Shown: piece by piece, positions 23,706 through 40,527 of the stretch
Layout of the letters: each line of letters starts with the position of its first letter
How positions within the stretch are numbered: position 1 is the stretch's first letter
Assembly (NCBI GenBank): GCA_963842945.1
Contig: CAWJIM010000016.1
Coordinates: 160,001-224,000, forward strand
Origin: an uncultured Gemmatimonadales bacterium
GTDB lineage: Bacteria; Gemmatimonadota; Gemmatimonadetes; Gemmatimonadales; GWC2-71-9
Direction: 5' to 3'
DNA length: 64,000 nt
Made by a program: the position numbers and the translations under genes
The notes under the pieces: generated by a model
The model's database searches: none
The model's input: the letters and a program-made list of their open reading frames with translations, nothing else
What the model was told of the DNA's origin: nothing

Positions 23706-25259
23706 CTACTCCCACTCGATCGTGGCCGGCGGCTTGGAGCTCACGTCGTAGACCACCCGGTTGACCCCGTCCACCTCATTGGCGATCCGCTGGATATCCG
23801 GGCGAGCACCTCCGGCGGGAAAGGGAACCAGTCCGCGGTCATCCCGTCCCGGCTGGTGACCGCGCGCAGCGCGATGACCTGATCGTAGGTCCGCCCGTCG
23901 CCCTGCACGCCGACCGAGCGGATCGGCAGCAGGACGGCGAACGCCTGCCAGATGTCGTCGTAGAGTCCGGCCGCGCGGATCTCCTCGATGTAGATGTGGT
24001 CGGCCCGCCGGAGCATGTCGAGGTTCTCCGGCGTGACCTCGCCCAGGATGCGGATGGCGAGCCCCGGCCCGGGAAACGGATGCCGGCCCACCATCTCCTC
24101 CGGCAGTCCCAGCTCCCGTCCGACCTGGCGCACCTCGTCCTTGAAGAGCTCGCGCAGCGGCTCGATCAGCTTGAACGGCAGCCGCTCGGGCAGCCCGCCC
24201 ACGTTGTGGTGGGTCTTGATCGTGACCGACGGACCGCCGCAGCGGCGAGAGCGACTCGATCACATCGGGATAGAGCGTGCCCTGCACCAGGAAGCCGACG
24301 TCCTTGCCGACCGCACTTGGCCTCGGCCTCGAACACCTCGATGAAGGTGTGGCCGATGCGGCGCCGCTTCTCCTCGGGATCGGCGACGCCGGCCAGCCGC
24401 TCGAGAAAGCGCTCGCTCGCGTCCACCACCCGGAGGTCGATGCCGAGGTGGCGGCGGAAGGTGGGCTCGACCTGCTCCCGCTCGTGCAGCCGCAGCAGGC
24501 CGTGGTCCACGAAGATGCAGGTGAGCCGATCGCCGACGGCGCGGTGCACCAGCACCGCCGCCACCGACGAGTCCACGCCGCCGGACAGCCCGCAGATCAC
24601 CCGCGCGTCGGGACCGACAGGCTGCGGATCCGGGCGACCTCGGTCTCGATGAAGTGCCCCGGCGTCCAGTCCGGGGTGCAGCCGCAGATCTCGAACAGGA
24701 AGTTGTTGAGGATCTCGCCGCCGCGCGGCGTGTGCGCCACCTCGGGGTGGAACTGCACGCCGAAGAGCGGCCGCTCGCTGTGCTCGAACGCCGCGATCGG
24801 GGAATTCGTCGCTCGACGCGGTGACCGCGAACCCCGGCGGCGGCACATCCACGTGGTCGCCGTGGCTCATCCAGACCGGGGTCTCCTCGCCCCGGCCGAA
24901 CCCTGGAAGAGCCGGCCGCCTTCGACCCGGACGTTGGCCCGGCCGTATTCCCGCCGGTCGGCCCGCGCGACCTTGCCGCCCGCGAGGTGGGCCATCAGCT
25001 GCATGCCGTAGCAGAGGCCCGAGCACCGGCGTGCCCAGCTCGAGCAGCGCGGGATCGGCGGTGGGCACGTTCTCGCCGTAGACCGAGTTGGGGCCGCCGG
25101 AGAGGATGATGCCCTTGGGCTTCCAGTCGCGGATCCACTGGACGGTGCGGGACGGCGGATGGATCTCGCAGTAGACGTGCGCTTCGCGAACCCGCCGCGC
25201 GATGAGCTGGGTGAACTGGGAGCCGAAATCGATGATCAGGATGCCGTCGTGATGCTCAT
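23706..25259 (-). CDS. guaA: GMP synthase (frameshifted)
   Basis: [44 protein letters not shown]-terminal KPPATIEWE. Confidence 0.95.
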
Positions 25260-25265
25260 GGCGAG

Positions 25266-28117
<2,852 letters not shown>

Positions 28118-29396
28118 TCACCATCGGTCTCGCTGCACGCCGCCTGGTGCGCCTTCAGATCCTTGAGCATCACCTCGCCCCGGGCCCGATCGTCGGGGCC
28201 GATCACCACCGCCAGCCGGCGCCCCGCGCGTCGGCCAGCTTGAGCTGCTTGCCCAGCGCCTGGGGCGCCAGCGCGTACTCCACCCGGAGACCCGGCGTCG
28301 CGCAGCTCGATGCGCCAGGCCCAGCACGTGCGGCACGTCGTCGCTCTGATGACCGCGCACGAAGACGTCCAGCCGTCCGGCCGCTGCCGGCAGCCAGCCC
28401 GCGGTCCTTGAGCAGCTCGCCCAGCACCACGTCGCCCATGCCGAAGCCGAGCGCCGGCAGGTCGACGCCGCCCAGCGCTCGAGCAGATTGTCGTAGCGCC
28501 CGCCGCCGCAGATCGCGCGGAGCTCGCCCCGCGCATCGAACAGCTCGAACACCGTGCCGGTGTAGTAGGCCAGCCCGCGCACGATCGAGAGGTCGAGCTC
28601 GACGAACTCGCCCAGCCCCATGGCGTCCAGCGCGGCGATCGTGCGCGCAGCGGCGCCGCCGGCCTCCGACCGCTCGGTCGATCGCGGCGAGCGCGTTCGC
28701 CAGCTCGTCCCAGCTCCGGATCCGCGCCAGACGCGAACACCGCGTCGATCGGTCGGTCGCGAGGCCCGCCTGCCTCAGCCGCTCGACCGCGAGCCGTCCT
28801 CGCGGCATCCGCTCGAGCTTGTCGATCACCTGGTACAGACCGCCGCCCGAGCTGTCGTCCAGGCCGACGCCGCCGCGCAGCAGCGCAGTGAGCAGCCGTC
28901 GGTCGGAGAGCCGGACCCGCACATCGCGTCGGTCCGAGCCCGAACGCGCGCATCGACGTCGACCGCCAGCGCGATGATCTCGGCGTCGGCCAGCGGGCCG
29001 GCCTCGCCGATCAGGTCGCAGTTGAGCTGGAAGTGCTCGCGCAGCCGGCCCCGCTGCTGCCGCTCGTAGCGGAAGAGCTGCGGAATGGAGAACCAGCGGA
29101 TCGGCTTCTTGCAGCCCGTTGGCGCGCGCCGCCACCATGCGCGCGAGCGTGGGCGTCATCTCCGGGCGCAGCGCGACCTCGCCGCTCGCCCTTGTCGGTG
29201 AAGTTGTAGAGCTGGCCGACGATCTCGTCGCCGCTCTTCGCGGTGTAGAGCTCGAGCGGCTCCAGCGGCGGCCCGTCGTACTCCTCGAAGCCGTAGCGGG
29301 CCGCGACCGCCCGCCAGGTGCCGAAGATGTGGGCGCGGAGCGCGAGATCGGCCGGGATAGAAATCGCGAAAGCCCGGGAGGGCCTTGGGTTTACAT
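28118..29396 (-). CDS. hisS: histidine--tRNA ligase (frameshifted)
   Basis: [44 protein letters not shown]. Confidence 0.93.
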
Positions 29397-29456
29397 GGGG
29401 CGGAATAATACGGTACGGGCGTAGCGAGGAAGCTGGTCCGAAGCGATGCCGGCTGC

Positions 29457-30717
29457 TCAGACACTCGCAATCCCGAGCGCGCTGCATCACGTCGCCGACG
29501 GTGTGGAACGAGCCGGTCACCAGGACGGTCCCCGCGCCCTCGCTGGACCGTGCGCGAGCGCCTCCTCGAAGTCCGGCACCAGGGTCCACGCCGCCTGCGC
29601 CGGCGGCCGGGCGGGCTCGGCGCAGCCAGCGGCCGAGCCAGTCGAGGTCCCACCCGCGGCCGGCCGCGGTCGGCGCCATCGTGAGGATGCCCCGGTCGAC
29701 GCCCGGTCGAGCTCGACCAGCATCTCGGGCCAGTCCTTGTCGCCCAGGATCGAGACCAGCGCGTGGAGCGGCCGCGGCGGGCCGAGTCCTGCGAGCGCTC
29801 GCGACCAGCGCGCGCACGCCGTCGGGGTTGTGGGCGACGTCGAAGAGCCAGCGGCCCCGCCGGTCGAGCCGCCCGGCGATCCAGGCGCACGCCGAAGCCG
29901 CGCGCTCGACTGCGTCCGGGGCGGGCCGGTAGGGCGCCGGCAGGGCCATCAGGATGCCGTGGGCGACCGCCGCGTTCCGCCGCTGGTGCGGGCCCGCCAG
30001 GCCGAGCGGGCCGCGTCCACTCGTACTCCGGCGGCAGCACCCGGATGTCGGCACCGAGCCGCGCCGGGGCCGCCCGCGCCACCGCCCGCCGCGCTTCCCG
30101 GCGCAGCACCTCGACCAGGGCCGGGTCGCGTCTCGCCGATCACGAACGGCGCGCCGGGCTTGGCGATGCCGGCCTTCTCGCAGGCGATCTGCTCCAGCGT
30201 GTCGCCCAGGTACTTCATGTGGTCGCAGCTCGATCTTGGTCACCGCGCTGACCAGCGGGCTGCACCACGTTGGTGCTGTCGAGCCGTCCGCCGAGGCCGA
30301 CCTCGACCACCGCGATCTCGGCGCCGCGGGCCGCGAAGTCGGCGAAGGCGATGCGCGGTGGTGGCCTCGAAGAACGTGGCCTTCGCGCTCCGGATGAGCG
30401 GCCGGAGCCGCTCGGTCCACATCGCCACCGCCTCCTCGCGCGATCGGCACGCCCGTCCACCCGGATGCGCTCGCGGAAGGAGACCAGGTGCGGCGAGGTG
30501 TAGAGCCCGACCCGCCATCCCGCCTCGCCCAGCGCCGCGCGCCACCAGCGTCGACGACGCTGCCCTTCCCGTTGGTGCCGCCGACGTGAATCGATGGGCA
30601 TGACCGTGCGGGTTGCCCAGCGACCGCGAGCAGGGCGCGCGTGGTGTCGAGCCCGAACTTGATCGTGGTGGTGCGGGGAAAGAGGAAGTCGAGCGCCTCG
30701 TCGTAGGTCAGCGACAT
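29457..30717 (-). CDS. folC: folylpolyglutamate/dihydrofolate synthase (frameshifted)
   Basis: HVGGTNGKGS, YTSPHL, EVGLGGRLDSTN, DVAHNPDG, VTGSF. Confidence 0.92.
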
Positions 30718-30800
30718 GTCAGGCTCGGTGAGGTCGCGGTCAGGGGCCCGGAACGACAGGCGCCCCACCCGGCGATCGCGGGTGGGGCGCCGGACACCGA

Positions 30801-31688
<888 letters not shown>

Positions 31689-31806
31689 CACGGCCATAGG
31701 AAGCAGGTGCGTCAGAGGGTCGAAGGGGACCGAGGCGACTCGAAAGGCCCATGGCAATCTCATGCGACCCGGCCTCCGCGCCAGACCCTAACACGTAAGT
31801 CGTTGC

Positions 31807-33056
31807 TCATACATCAGGATAGCCAGACAGCCTCGAGTCCCAGGCCACCCGGAGCGCCAGCCCCAGGCAGAGCGAGCAGATCATGAAGAACGAGCCGCCG
31901 TAGGAGAAGAACGGCAGCGGAATGCCGGTGATCGGCATGAGGTTGATCGTCATCCCGACGTTCTCGAACACGTGGGTGAAGAACAGTCCCAGGATCCCGA
32001 ACACCACCAGGCTGCTGAACGGATCGGTGGCGCGCCGGGCGATCCGGAGCAGGACCAGGAAGAGCGCCAGGAACAAGAGCGAGCGCGACCAGCACGCCGA
32101 TGAAGCCGAGCTCCTCGCCCACGACCGCGAAGATGAAGTCGGTGTGCTGCTCCGGCAGGAACGCGAGCCGCTTCTGCGGGCCCTCGGTGTAGCCGGTCCC
32201 GAACCAGCCGCCCGAGCCGATCGCCGACCTGGGATTGGATCGCGTGGTAGCCCGCCGCCCGGGGGTCGATCTCGGGGTTGAGGAAGGTGAGCAGCCGGTT
32301 CTGCTGATACGGCGCCAGCCGGTTCCAGAGCGGCATGGCGATGGCGCCCATGGCCACGTTCGCGGCCAGGAACATCAGCCCAATCCCAGACGTAGGGCCG
32401 CCAGACGATCAGGAGCAGCGATGAACATGACGATCCACGCGCCCCAGGCCAGCGTGTTGAACGCGAGGAGCAGGCTGAGCACCGGCGAGGCGAGCAGGAA
32501 CAGCAGCCGAGGCCGCACGCCGGCCCAGAACAGCATCGCGAAGAGGATCCCGACGAAGACGAGGGCGCTGCCCAGGTCGGGCTGCTTGAGCACCAGCAGG
32601 AACGGCACGCCCGACGATGAGCGACGGGGCAATCAGAGGTCGCGCAGCGAGCGCGGCGGCTCCTTGCCGGCTGGAGAGCTAGCGTGCCAGCATGAGCACG
32701 GTGGCAACCTTGGCCAGCTCCGACGGCTGCCCGATCCGGTGTCCGCCGATCGAGAGCCAGCTCTGGCTGCTCGCCGCGGTGCCGGCCCCGGTCCCGACGA
32801 CCAGCACGAGCACGAGCAGGAGCAGGCTGAAGGCGTAGAGCGCCGGGGCGATCCATTCCAGCACCCGGAGCGAGATGTGGAAGATGACCCACGCGCCCAC
32901 GATCCCGATGCCCACCCAGACGAACTGGCGGTGCCAGACGCCGGCGGCCCGGGTCGGCACATCGGTCTGTCCCGCCGAATAGAGCGTCGCGAGGCCGAAG
33001 AGATCAGAGCCCGCGGTCACGGCGATCAGCTGCCGGTCGACCGGCGGCTTTCTCAT
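31807..33056 (-). CDS. rodA: rod shape-determining SEDS protein RodA (frameshifted)
   Basis: [38 protein letters not shown]; follows mrdA. Confidence 0.92.
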
Positions 33057-34948
33057 TGGCTCGGCACCGCGCGGCGGGCCGAGTCGGCTGCCGCCGCGCG
33101 CGCCGCTGCCGAATCGGGGTCGAGCTCGATCGGGCGGGGCGCGGTGTCCTGCGAGGTGACGGTCTCATCGAGCAGGACGCCCAGTTTCACCGGGCCGGTG
33201 GCGTCGGGACCGAGGATGTAGCGGCGGAGCGTCTGCACCACGTATGGCGCCACGGTGGTGCCGTGCTCGGCGAACTCCATGATCCCGCCCACGATCAGCT
33301 CCGGCTTGTCGGCCGGCGCGAAGCCGATGAACCACCCATGATCCTCGCCGTGGGGGTTCTGCGCGGTGCCGGTCTTGCCCCGCCACCGCGAGGTCCGCCG
33401 CGGCGGCTGGCCGACGCGGTTCCCCGCTCCACCACGGCGATGAGCGCGCGGCGGAGCCCATCCAGCTGCTGCGCGGCGTGAGGCCGAGCGATCGCGTCCG
33501 CGGTCGAGCCCGGCTTGACGATGTACGGCGTGCAGCGGCGGCGCCGTTACCGGCCAGGCCCTGGTAGAACTTGCACCATGTTGATCAGGGTCTGGGTGTT
33601 CTCGCCCTGGCCGATCGAGAAGTTCAGCGTGGTGCCGGCGGGCTCCAGCTCCGCGGGCCGTAGAGCGGTCGAAGTAGGCCGGTGGACGACGGGATAGATC
33701 GGGGTCAGCTCGTTCTCGAGGTCGACTCCGCTCTTGTCCCGGAATCCCATCAGGACGCCATCCTGAAGGATGGCGTCGAGCCCGAGCCGAAGGCCCAGCT
33801 GATAGAAGTACACGTCGCAGCTCGCGGCCACGGCGCCGGTCAGGTCGAGCGAGCCGTGGCCTTCCTTCTTCCAGCAGCGGAAGACCCGGTTGCCCAGCCG
33901 CAGGCCGCCGCGGCAGGGTTCGGGCATGGTGGTGTTGAGGTTGATCAGGCCGCGCTTGAGCGCCATGGCCGCGATGGCCAGCTTGAACGGCGACGCGGGC
34001 GGATAGCGCGCCTGGATCGCCCGATTGAGCAGCGGTTTTGCCGGGTCGTTGTTGAGCGACCGCCAGTCGGCGGAGGAGATGCCGCCGACGAAGTCGTTGG
34101 GGTCGAACGTCGGCGCCGAGTAGAGGGCGCGGATCTCGCCCATCGGGCGTCATCGCCACCAGGGCGCCCCGGACCCCGCCGGCCAGATGCTGTCCACGAA
34201 TCGCTGGAGATCGAGGTCGATCGTGGTGACGATCGGCTTGCCCGGGGTCGGCGGGAGCGAGGCCGAGGCCGCCTCCTCCCGCACCAGGCGGCCCCGCGCG
34301 TTGACCTCGATGTAGCGGACGCCGTCGCTTCCCCGCAGGGTGTCGTCGTACTCCCGCTCCAGTCCGGCCTTGCCCACGATCGAGCCGAGCACGGCGCCCG
34401 GGATAGCGGTCGGCGGTCGAGGTCGGCCTCGGTGACCTCCGAGACGTAGCCCACCAGATGGGCGACCGACTTGCCGGCGGGATAGAGCCGCTTCGGCTCG
34501 GCCTGGATCACCAGACCCGGCAGCGCGGTGCGGTGCTCCTCGAGCTTGGCGACGACGTCGAAGGAGGCATCGCCAAAGACCAGCGCCGGCTGATAGCGCG
34601 CCTGCAGGTAGCGCTCGATGATGTCGGAGACCCGCGCGCTGTCGAGCGGGACGTAGCGGGCGACCCGGGCCAGGACGGCCCGGAGGGAGTCGGTGGACTG
34701 AGCGAGCAGCTTGACCGAGTAGCCGGGCACGTTCTCGGCGATGACCCGCCCTTCCGGTCCAGGATCGTACCCCGGGGCGAGGTCAGCGGAATCGGCCGCA
34801 GCCGGTTGGTCTCCGCCTTGAGCTGGAACTTGTCGTGCTGTAGGACCTGGGTGCGGAAGAAGGCGCCGCTCAGGACCAGGAAGGCCCCGAGCAGCACCAG
34901 CCGGGCAATGTCGGCGCGCTCCCGAATGCGGTAGGAGTCGAAGTTCAT
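33053..34948 (-). CDS. mrdA: penicillin-binding protein 2 (frameshifted)
   Basis: PRGTILDR, YPPASPFK (SxxK), SCDVYFY, KTGTAQ. Confidence 0.92.
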
Positions 34949-35441
34949 GCGTCCAGCCGAACCGAGAACAGGCTCGGAAGGTCACCAGCACCACGAGGGC
35001 AAATGCGGCCGTGGTGAACGCCTGGAAGGGCTGTAGAACGGTCAGCTCGGTCAGCAGCTGGTTGTGTCGGTTCCACTCGCCACGAGCACGATCAGGTCAC
35101 GCAGCCAGAGCCCGGCCGCGACGAATGCCGCGTTGACCAGCAGTTATCGGCAAAGAACACCGCCCGGCCCCACGAGGCCAGGTAGCCGACCAGGGTGTGC
35201 GCCAGAGCTGCCCGCTCCAAAGCGGGCGGGGGTCAGGGTATCCTCGATCAGTCCCACCAGGAATCCGGCCAGAGCGGCGGCCCCGGGCCTGCTCCGCATC
35301 GCGAAGAGCATCAGCCCGATCAGCAGGAAATCGGGGCTGACCCGCGCAATCCCAGAGCCGGGGACGGAGATAGAACTGGAGAACCAGGAGCAACAGCAGC
35401 ACGAGAGCCAGCTGCACCCGGGTGACACGCCGGGAACTCAT
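34945..35441 (-). CDS. mreD: rod shape-determining protein MreD (frameshifted)
   Basis: Hydrophobic, PDFLL...GFLVGLIED; position between mreC and mrdA. Confidence 0.85.
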
Positions 35442-36495
35442 GGGCTGGAGTCCCGGCGCTCGGGCGTTGGCGGTTGGAGGCCACCGGGCTGGGCGAGCTG
35501 CCGGGCCGAGCCTCGCCGTGGGATGCTGGCGGTAGCGCCGCCCAGCATGGGCGAGCTCGCGGCAGGGAATCCCGGCGAGCGGCCCGGGCCGCCTTCAGCG
35601 CCTGCGCCACCGAGTCGGCCCGCTGCACCCGGGCGATCGAGTCCAGCCGCATGGCCTCGAGCTGAGAGTCGCTGGGGAAGGCCGGGGCCAGATCGCCGCC
35701 GCGGTCCCGGTCAGCACCAGCACGTGGGCCGCGGAGCCGGGGTTCGCGGCGGGCCGCAGCCGGTACACCCGCTCCCAGCCCGCCTCCTCGCGCACGGCGC
35801 CGATCACCGTTCCGACGGGGATGCCCTTGGGGAACACGCCGCCCAGCCCGGAGGACAGCACCAGCGTCCCCAGCGGGACCGAGTCCCGATAGGGAACGCC
35901 GCGGAATTCGAGCGCGCCCTCGCTGTCGGCCCCTGGCTCGAGGGAGCGACGACGCCGAAGGCGTTGCCGCTGACGGTGAACGCGCTGACCCGGAAATCCG
36001 GGATGGGCCCACGACATCGCAATGCTGCTCGAGCGGCGACACGCTGAGCATCACGCCGATGAGGCCCTCCGGCGCGACGACCGGATTGAACGGCGCGACG
36101 CCCTGCCGCGTGCCCGCGCTGAGCAGCAGGGTGCGGCCGTCGGTGGCCTGCGGCTGATGCAGCACTTCGGCCGGCACGGAGCTGCTGAGCCGGTGGCTGA
36201 GCCCGAGCAGCTGCCGAAGCCGCTCGTTCTCGGCCCGAGCGACGGCAGCGACTGGGCCAGGTAGGCGGCGGAGTCGCGCTGCGCCGTGACGGCCCGAAAG
36301 CGGGCCCGGCTGGTGCGCCCCTCTTCGGCCCGCGCCTGGAGCCAGACAGCGGCGAGAGAACCGTCTCGCCGCAGCGTCGCGGCAATGCCGTGGCCCAGCG
36401 GGTCGGGCGAGAAGAGCGCCACAACGACAGGCCGAGGCACATGAGGAAGAGCACGGTGTCCCGGCGGGTGTAGCGCGGTCCGACGCGCTGGACAT
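35438..36495 (-). CDS. mreC: rod shape-determining protein MreC (frameshifted)
   Basis: ENERLRQLL, PEGLIG, SSGLGGVFPKGIPVG; follows mreB. Confidence 0.88.
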
Positions 36496-36497
36496 GC

Positions 36498-37532
36498 TCA
36501 GGTGGACAGAACGCTCCGGTACTTCTCGTAGTCGTCGAGGATCCGGCCGGTGCCGCGCACCACGCAGGTCAGCGGGTCCTCGTCCACGTGGATCGGCAGG
36601 CCGGTTTCCTGCGCCAGCAGCAGGTCGAGCCCGCGAATCAGCGCGCCGCCGCCGGTCATCACGATGCCGCGGTCGACGATGTCGCTGGCGAGCTCGGGCG
36701 GCGTGATCTCGAGCGCGCGGCGAACCGCGTCGACGATCTGCTGGATCGGCTCCTGGATCGCCTCGCGGATCTCGCTCGAGTGCACGCGCACCGTCTTCGG
36801 GATGCCGGAGACGAGGTCGCGGCCCTTCACTTCCATCTCGCGCTCGTCGCCGACCGGCGCGGCGGAGCCGATCTGGATCTTGATCTGCTCCGCGGTCGGC
36901 TCGCCGATGAGCAGGTTGTAGTTCTTGCGCATGAACTGCACGATGGCCTGGTCGAGCTCGTCGCCGCCGGTGCGGATCGAGGTGTCGGACACGATGCCGG
37001 AGAGCGCGATGACCGCGATCTCCGTCGTGCCGCCGCCGATGTCGATCACCATGTTGCCGGTGGGCGTCTCGACCGGAAGCCCCACGCCGATCGCCGCCGC
37101 CATCGGCTCCGCCACCATGAACACTTCCTTGGCGCCGGCGGTCTCGCCGAGTCGCGCACCGCGCGCCTCTCCACCTCGGTGATGCCCGAGGGCACGCACA
37201 CGATCACCCGCGGCTTCACCTTGAAGACGTGCTTGTCGATGATGGGCTTGAGGAAGTAGCGCAGCATCTTCTCGGTCACGTCGAAGTCGGCGATGACGCC
37301 GTCCTTCATCGGCCGGACCGCGATGATGCCGTCCGGCGTGCGGCCGAGCATGCGTTTGGCTTCGAGCCCGATGCCCTTGATCTTCGGTGGCCTGCTCGAT
37401 CGCGACGACCGAGGGCTCGTTCAGCACGATGCCTTCGCCCTTGACGTAGATCAGGGTGTTGGCCGTGCCGAGATCGACGGCGATCTCGTTCGCGGGGAGC
37501 CAGGAAATCAAATTCAGGCCGGGAACTTTCAT
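36498..37532 (-). CDS. mreB: actin-like MreB (frameshifted)
   Basis: [38 protein letters not shown]. Confidence 0.96.
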   Translation of the reverse strand: MKVPGLNLISWLPANEIAVDLGTANTLIYVKGEGIVLNEPSVVAIEQATEDQGHRARSQTHARPHAGRHHRGPADEGRRHRRLRRDREDAALLPQAHHRQARLQGEAAGDRVRALGHHRGGEARGARLGETAGAKEVFMVAEPMAAAIGVGLPVETPTGNMVIDIGGGTTEIAVIALSGIVSDTSIRTGGDELDQAIVQFMRKNYNLLIGEPTAEQIKIQIGSAAPVGDEREMEVKGRDLVSGIPKTVRVHSSEIREAIQEPIQQIVDAVRRALEITPPELASDIVDRGIVMTGGGALIRGLDLLLAQETGLPIHVDEDPLTCVVRGTGRILDDYEKYRSVLST

Positions 37533-37594
37533 CGAGGGGCCGCTAGGCACATGGGCGCTGAAGGTAAATGGCACGCGGTAGTGCCGCTCGAACG

Positions 37595-38038
37595 CTACCG
37601 TCCCGCTGCTGCCGAACCCACCCGTGCCTCGTGCAGTCGGCGGCAACCTCGACCGGCCGGAAGCCACTCGCTCCACCCGCGCGACGATCATCTGCGCGAT
37701 GCGCATGCCCCGGGTCACCTCGAACGGCTCGGTGCCCAGATTCACCAGCGCCACCATCAACTCGCCCCGGTAATCGCTGTCGATCGTGGCCGGAGTGTTC
37801 GGCAGCGTGATGCCATGCGGAGCGCCAGGCCCGACGGGGCCTGATCTGGCACTCGAACCCTCGGGCACCGCGATGCTGAAGCCGGTGCGGAACAGCTGTC
37901 GCTCCAGCGGGGCCAGCTTACCATCCTCGGCGCTGGCCAGATCGTACCCAGCTGAGCCGGGCGTGGCCGGCTCGGAAGCGGGAGACCCTCGGCATGGGGC
38001 AGCCGGGCGACAGCACCTCGACCGCGCACTCCGGCCAC
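37595..38038 (-). CDS. dut: dUTP diphosphatase (frameshifted)
   Basis: GSAGYDL, NTPATIDSDYRGE, RIAQ, RGTGGFGSSG. Confidence 0.92.
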
Positions 38039-38041
38039 CGC

Positions 38042-39157
38042 TCAGACAACGGTGTTGACGTCGGTCAGCGGCAGGCCGAAGGCCTCGGCGACGCCGGGGT
38101 ACACGACCTTGCCGTCGACGACGTTCAGGCCCAGCCGCAGCGCCGGGTCGGACTTGCACGCCGCACGCCAGCCCTGCTTGGCGAGCTTAAGTCCGTACGG
38201 CAGCGTAGCATTGGTGAGCGCGAGGGTGGAGGTGCGGGGCACGCCGCCCGGCATGTTTGCCACGGCGTAGTGGAGCATGCCGTCGACGAAGTAGGTGGGG
38301 TTCTCGTGGGTGGTCGGCTTGATGGTCTCGACGCAGCCACCCTGGTCCACCGCCACGTCCACGATCACCGACCCGGGCTTCATCAGCTTGAGGTCGGCCC
38401 GCTTGACCAGGTGGGGGGCCTTGGCCCCGGGCAGCAGCACCGCGCCGACCACCAGGTCGGCCCGCCGGATGCGCGTCCAGGATGTTGTGCCGGTTGGAGT
38501 AGACCGTGTCCACGTTGGCCGGCATCACGTCGTCCAGATAGCGGAGCCGGTCGAGCGAGATGTCCAGGATGGTCACGTGGGCGCCCAGGCCGGCGGCCAT
38601 CTTGGCCGCGTTGATGCCGACGACGCCGCCGCCGATGATCACGACCTCGCCCGGCGCCACGCCGGGCACGCCGCCCAGCAGGATGCCGCTGCCGCCGAAC
38701 ACCTTCTCCAGGTACTTGGCCCCTTCCTGCACCGCCATGCGGCCGGCCACCTCCGACATCGGCGTCAGCAGGGGCAGCTCGCCGCTCGGCAGCTGCACCG
38801 TCTCGTAGGCGACCGCGATCGCGCCCGAGTCGATGACCGCCCGGGTCAGGGCTTCGGCCGCGGCGAAGTGGAAGTAGGTGAAGATCACCTGGCCGCGCCG
38901 CATGCGGGGCCACTCCACCGCGATCGGCTCCTTCACCTTCATGATCATCTCGGCCTGCTGCCACACCTCGTCGGCGGTCGGCAGCGATCTTGGCGCCGAC
39001 CGCGCGATAGGCCTCGTCCGGAGAAGCCGCTGCCCGACTCCCGCCCCTGCTCCACGAACACCGTGTGCCCGGCACCGACCAGCGCCTCGGCGCCGGCGGG
39101 CACCAGCGCGATCCGGTTCTCGTTGGTCTTGATCTCCTTCGGGACGCCGATCATCAT
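38042..39157 (-). CDS. ald: alanine dehydrogenase (frameshifted)
   Basis: [39 protein letters not shown]. Confidence 0.94.
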
Positions 39158-39189
39158 CGCTGTTCCTGAGGTGAGGTCGATAAGCGTCG

Positions 39190-39253
39190 AACGGTGAACG
39201 GTGAGCGGTGAACGGGCGTTGCACCCGCTTACGCGTTCACCGCTACCGTTCAC
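39190..39253. repeat. heptamer (ACGGTGA) tandem array with inverted arm
   Basis: acggtga-acggtga-gcggtga-acgggcg ... gcgttca-ccgcta-ccgttca. Confidence 0.75.
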
Positions 39254-40522
39254 GTTTGTCCGGCCCCAAACGCACCACCGTCTGCCGCTCCGGCGCGAAG
39301 AACTCCGCCGCCACCGCCGCGACGTCCTCCGGGGTCACCGCGTCGATCTCCGCCAGCATCTCGTCGAGCGGGCGATACTGCGTCGTCGTAGCAGCGTCGA
39401 AGCCGGCCAGCCGGCCCATCCGGGCCGTCGGGCTCTCCAGCGACAGCATGATCTGGCCCTTGAGCTGCTGCTTGCCGTCGGCCAGCTCGCCGGCGGCAGG
39501 CCCTCCCGGGCGAGCTTGGCGTACTCCTCCCGGATCGCCTCGATGGCCTGGTCGGCGGTGGCGGGCTGGGTGCCCGACGTACACGCCGAGCTGGCCCGAC
39601 GCTCTGGTAGAAGTGCTTGTACGCAAAGATGGCGTAGGCCAGCCCCAGCTCCTCCCGGACCCGCTGGAAGAGCCGGCTGGACATGCCGCCGCCGAAGACG
39701 TTGGTCAGGATGGCCAGCGGAAAGCGGCGCGGATCGCGGAGCGGAAAGGTGTCGGTGCCGAAGACGATGTGGGTCTGCGCGGTGTCGCGCGTCCTCGGTG
39801 CGGCGGCCCCCGCGCACCGCGGGGCCGGCGTGACGCCGACGCCGGGGCGGCTCGGGCGCGTCGCCCTCGAACCAGCCTTCCCGCTCGAGCACGGTCAAGC
39901 AGCTGCTCGTGATCGACGTTGCCCGCCGCCGCGATCACGCAGTTGCCCCGGTAGTAGCCGCCGCTGATGCAGCGCGCGGAGGTCGCTCGGCCGAGAGCGC
40001 CGTCCAGGGTCTCGCGGCGTGCCGAGGATGGAGTAGCCGTACGGGATGTTGCGGCCAGAGCGCTCGCGGCGTGGAGCTCGAACACCAGATCGTCCGGAGT
40101 ATCGGCCACCCCGTTGATCTCCTCCAGCACCACGTTGCGCTCGGACTCGAGATCGCTCTGCCGGAGCAGCGGGCGGCGGACCAGATCGGTGAGGATCTCG
40201 ACCGCCAGGGGCAGATCGGCGTCGAGGACATGGGCCTGGTAGCTGGTGTAGTCGCGGCCGGTGTAGGCGTCGAGGCCGCCGCCCCGCACCTCCAGCTCCA
40301 GCGCGAGCTGCCGGGCGCGTGCGGCGCTCGGTGCCCTTGAACACCATGTGCTCCAGCAGGTGGGAGATGCCCGAGCTGCTCGGGGTCTCGTGCGCGCTGG
40401 CGGTGCGGACGTAGATGCCCGACCGCCGCCGAGCGAACGCCCGGCAGCGTTTCGGTGAGGACGACCAGCCCGTTCGGCGCGGTGGTCCGGAACAGCCCTT
40501 CGTCGAGTTGAACCGTTTCCAC
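39243..40522 (-). CDS. M16 (pitrilysin) family peptidase (frameshifted)
   Basis: [11 protein letters not shown] (HxxEH), [26 protein letters not shown]; canonical position after pnp. Confidence 0.9.
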
Positions 40523-40527
40523 GAGGG

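Noticed and set aside
31796..31808. IHF/dif-like site TAAGTCGTTGCTC
   Set aside because: Single partial match overlapping the rodA stop; no partner arm
36498..38159. Apparent Dut-MreB fusion
   Set aside because: Frameshift join in an error-rich block; both genes have normal termini and a spacer
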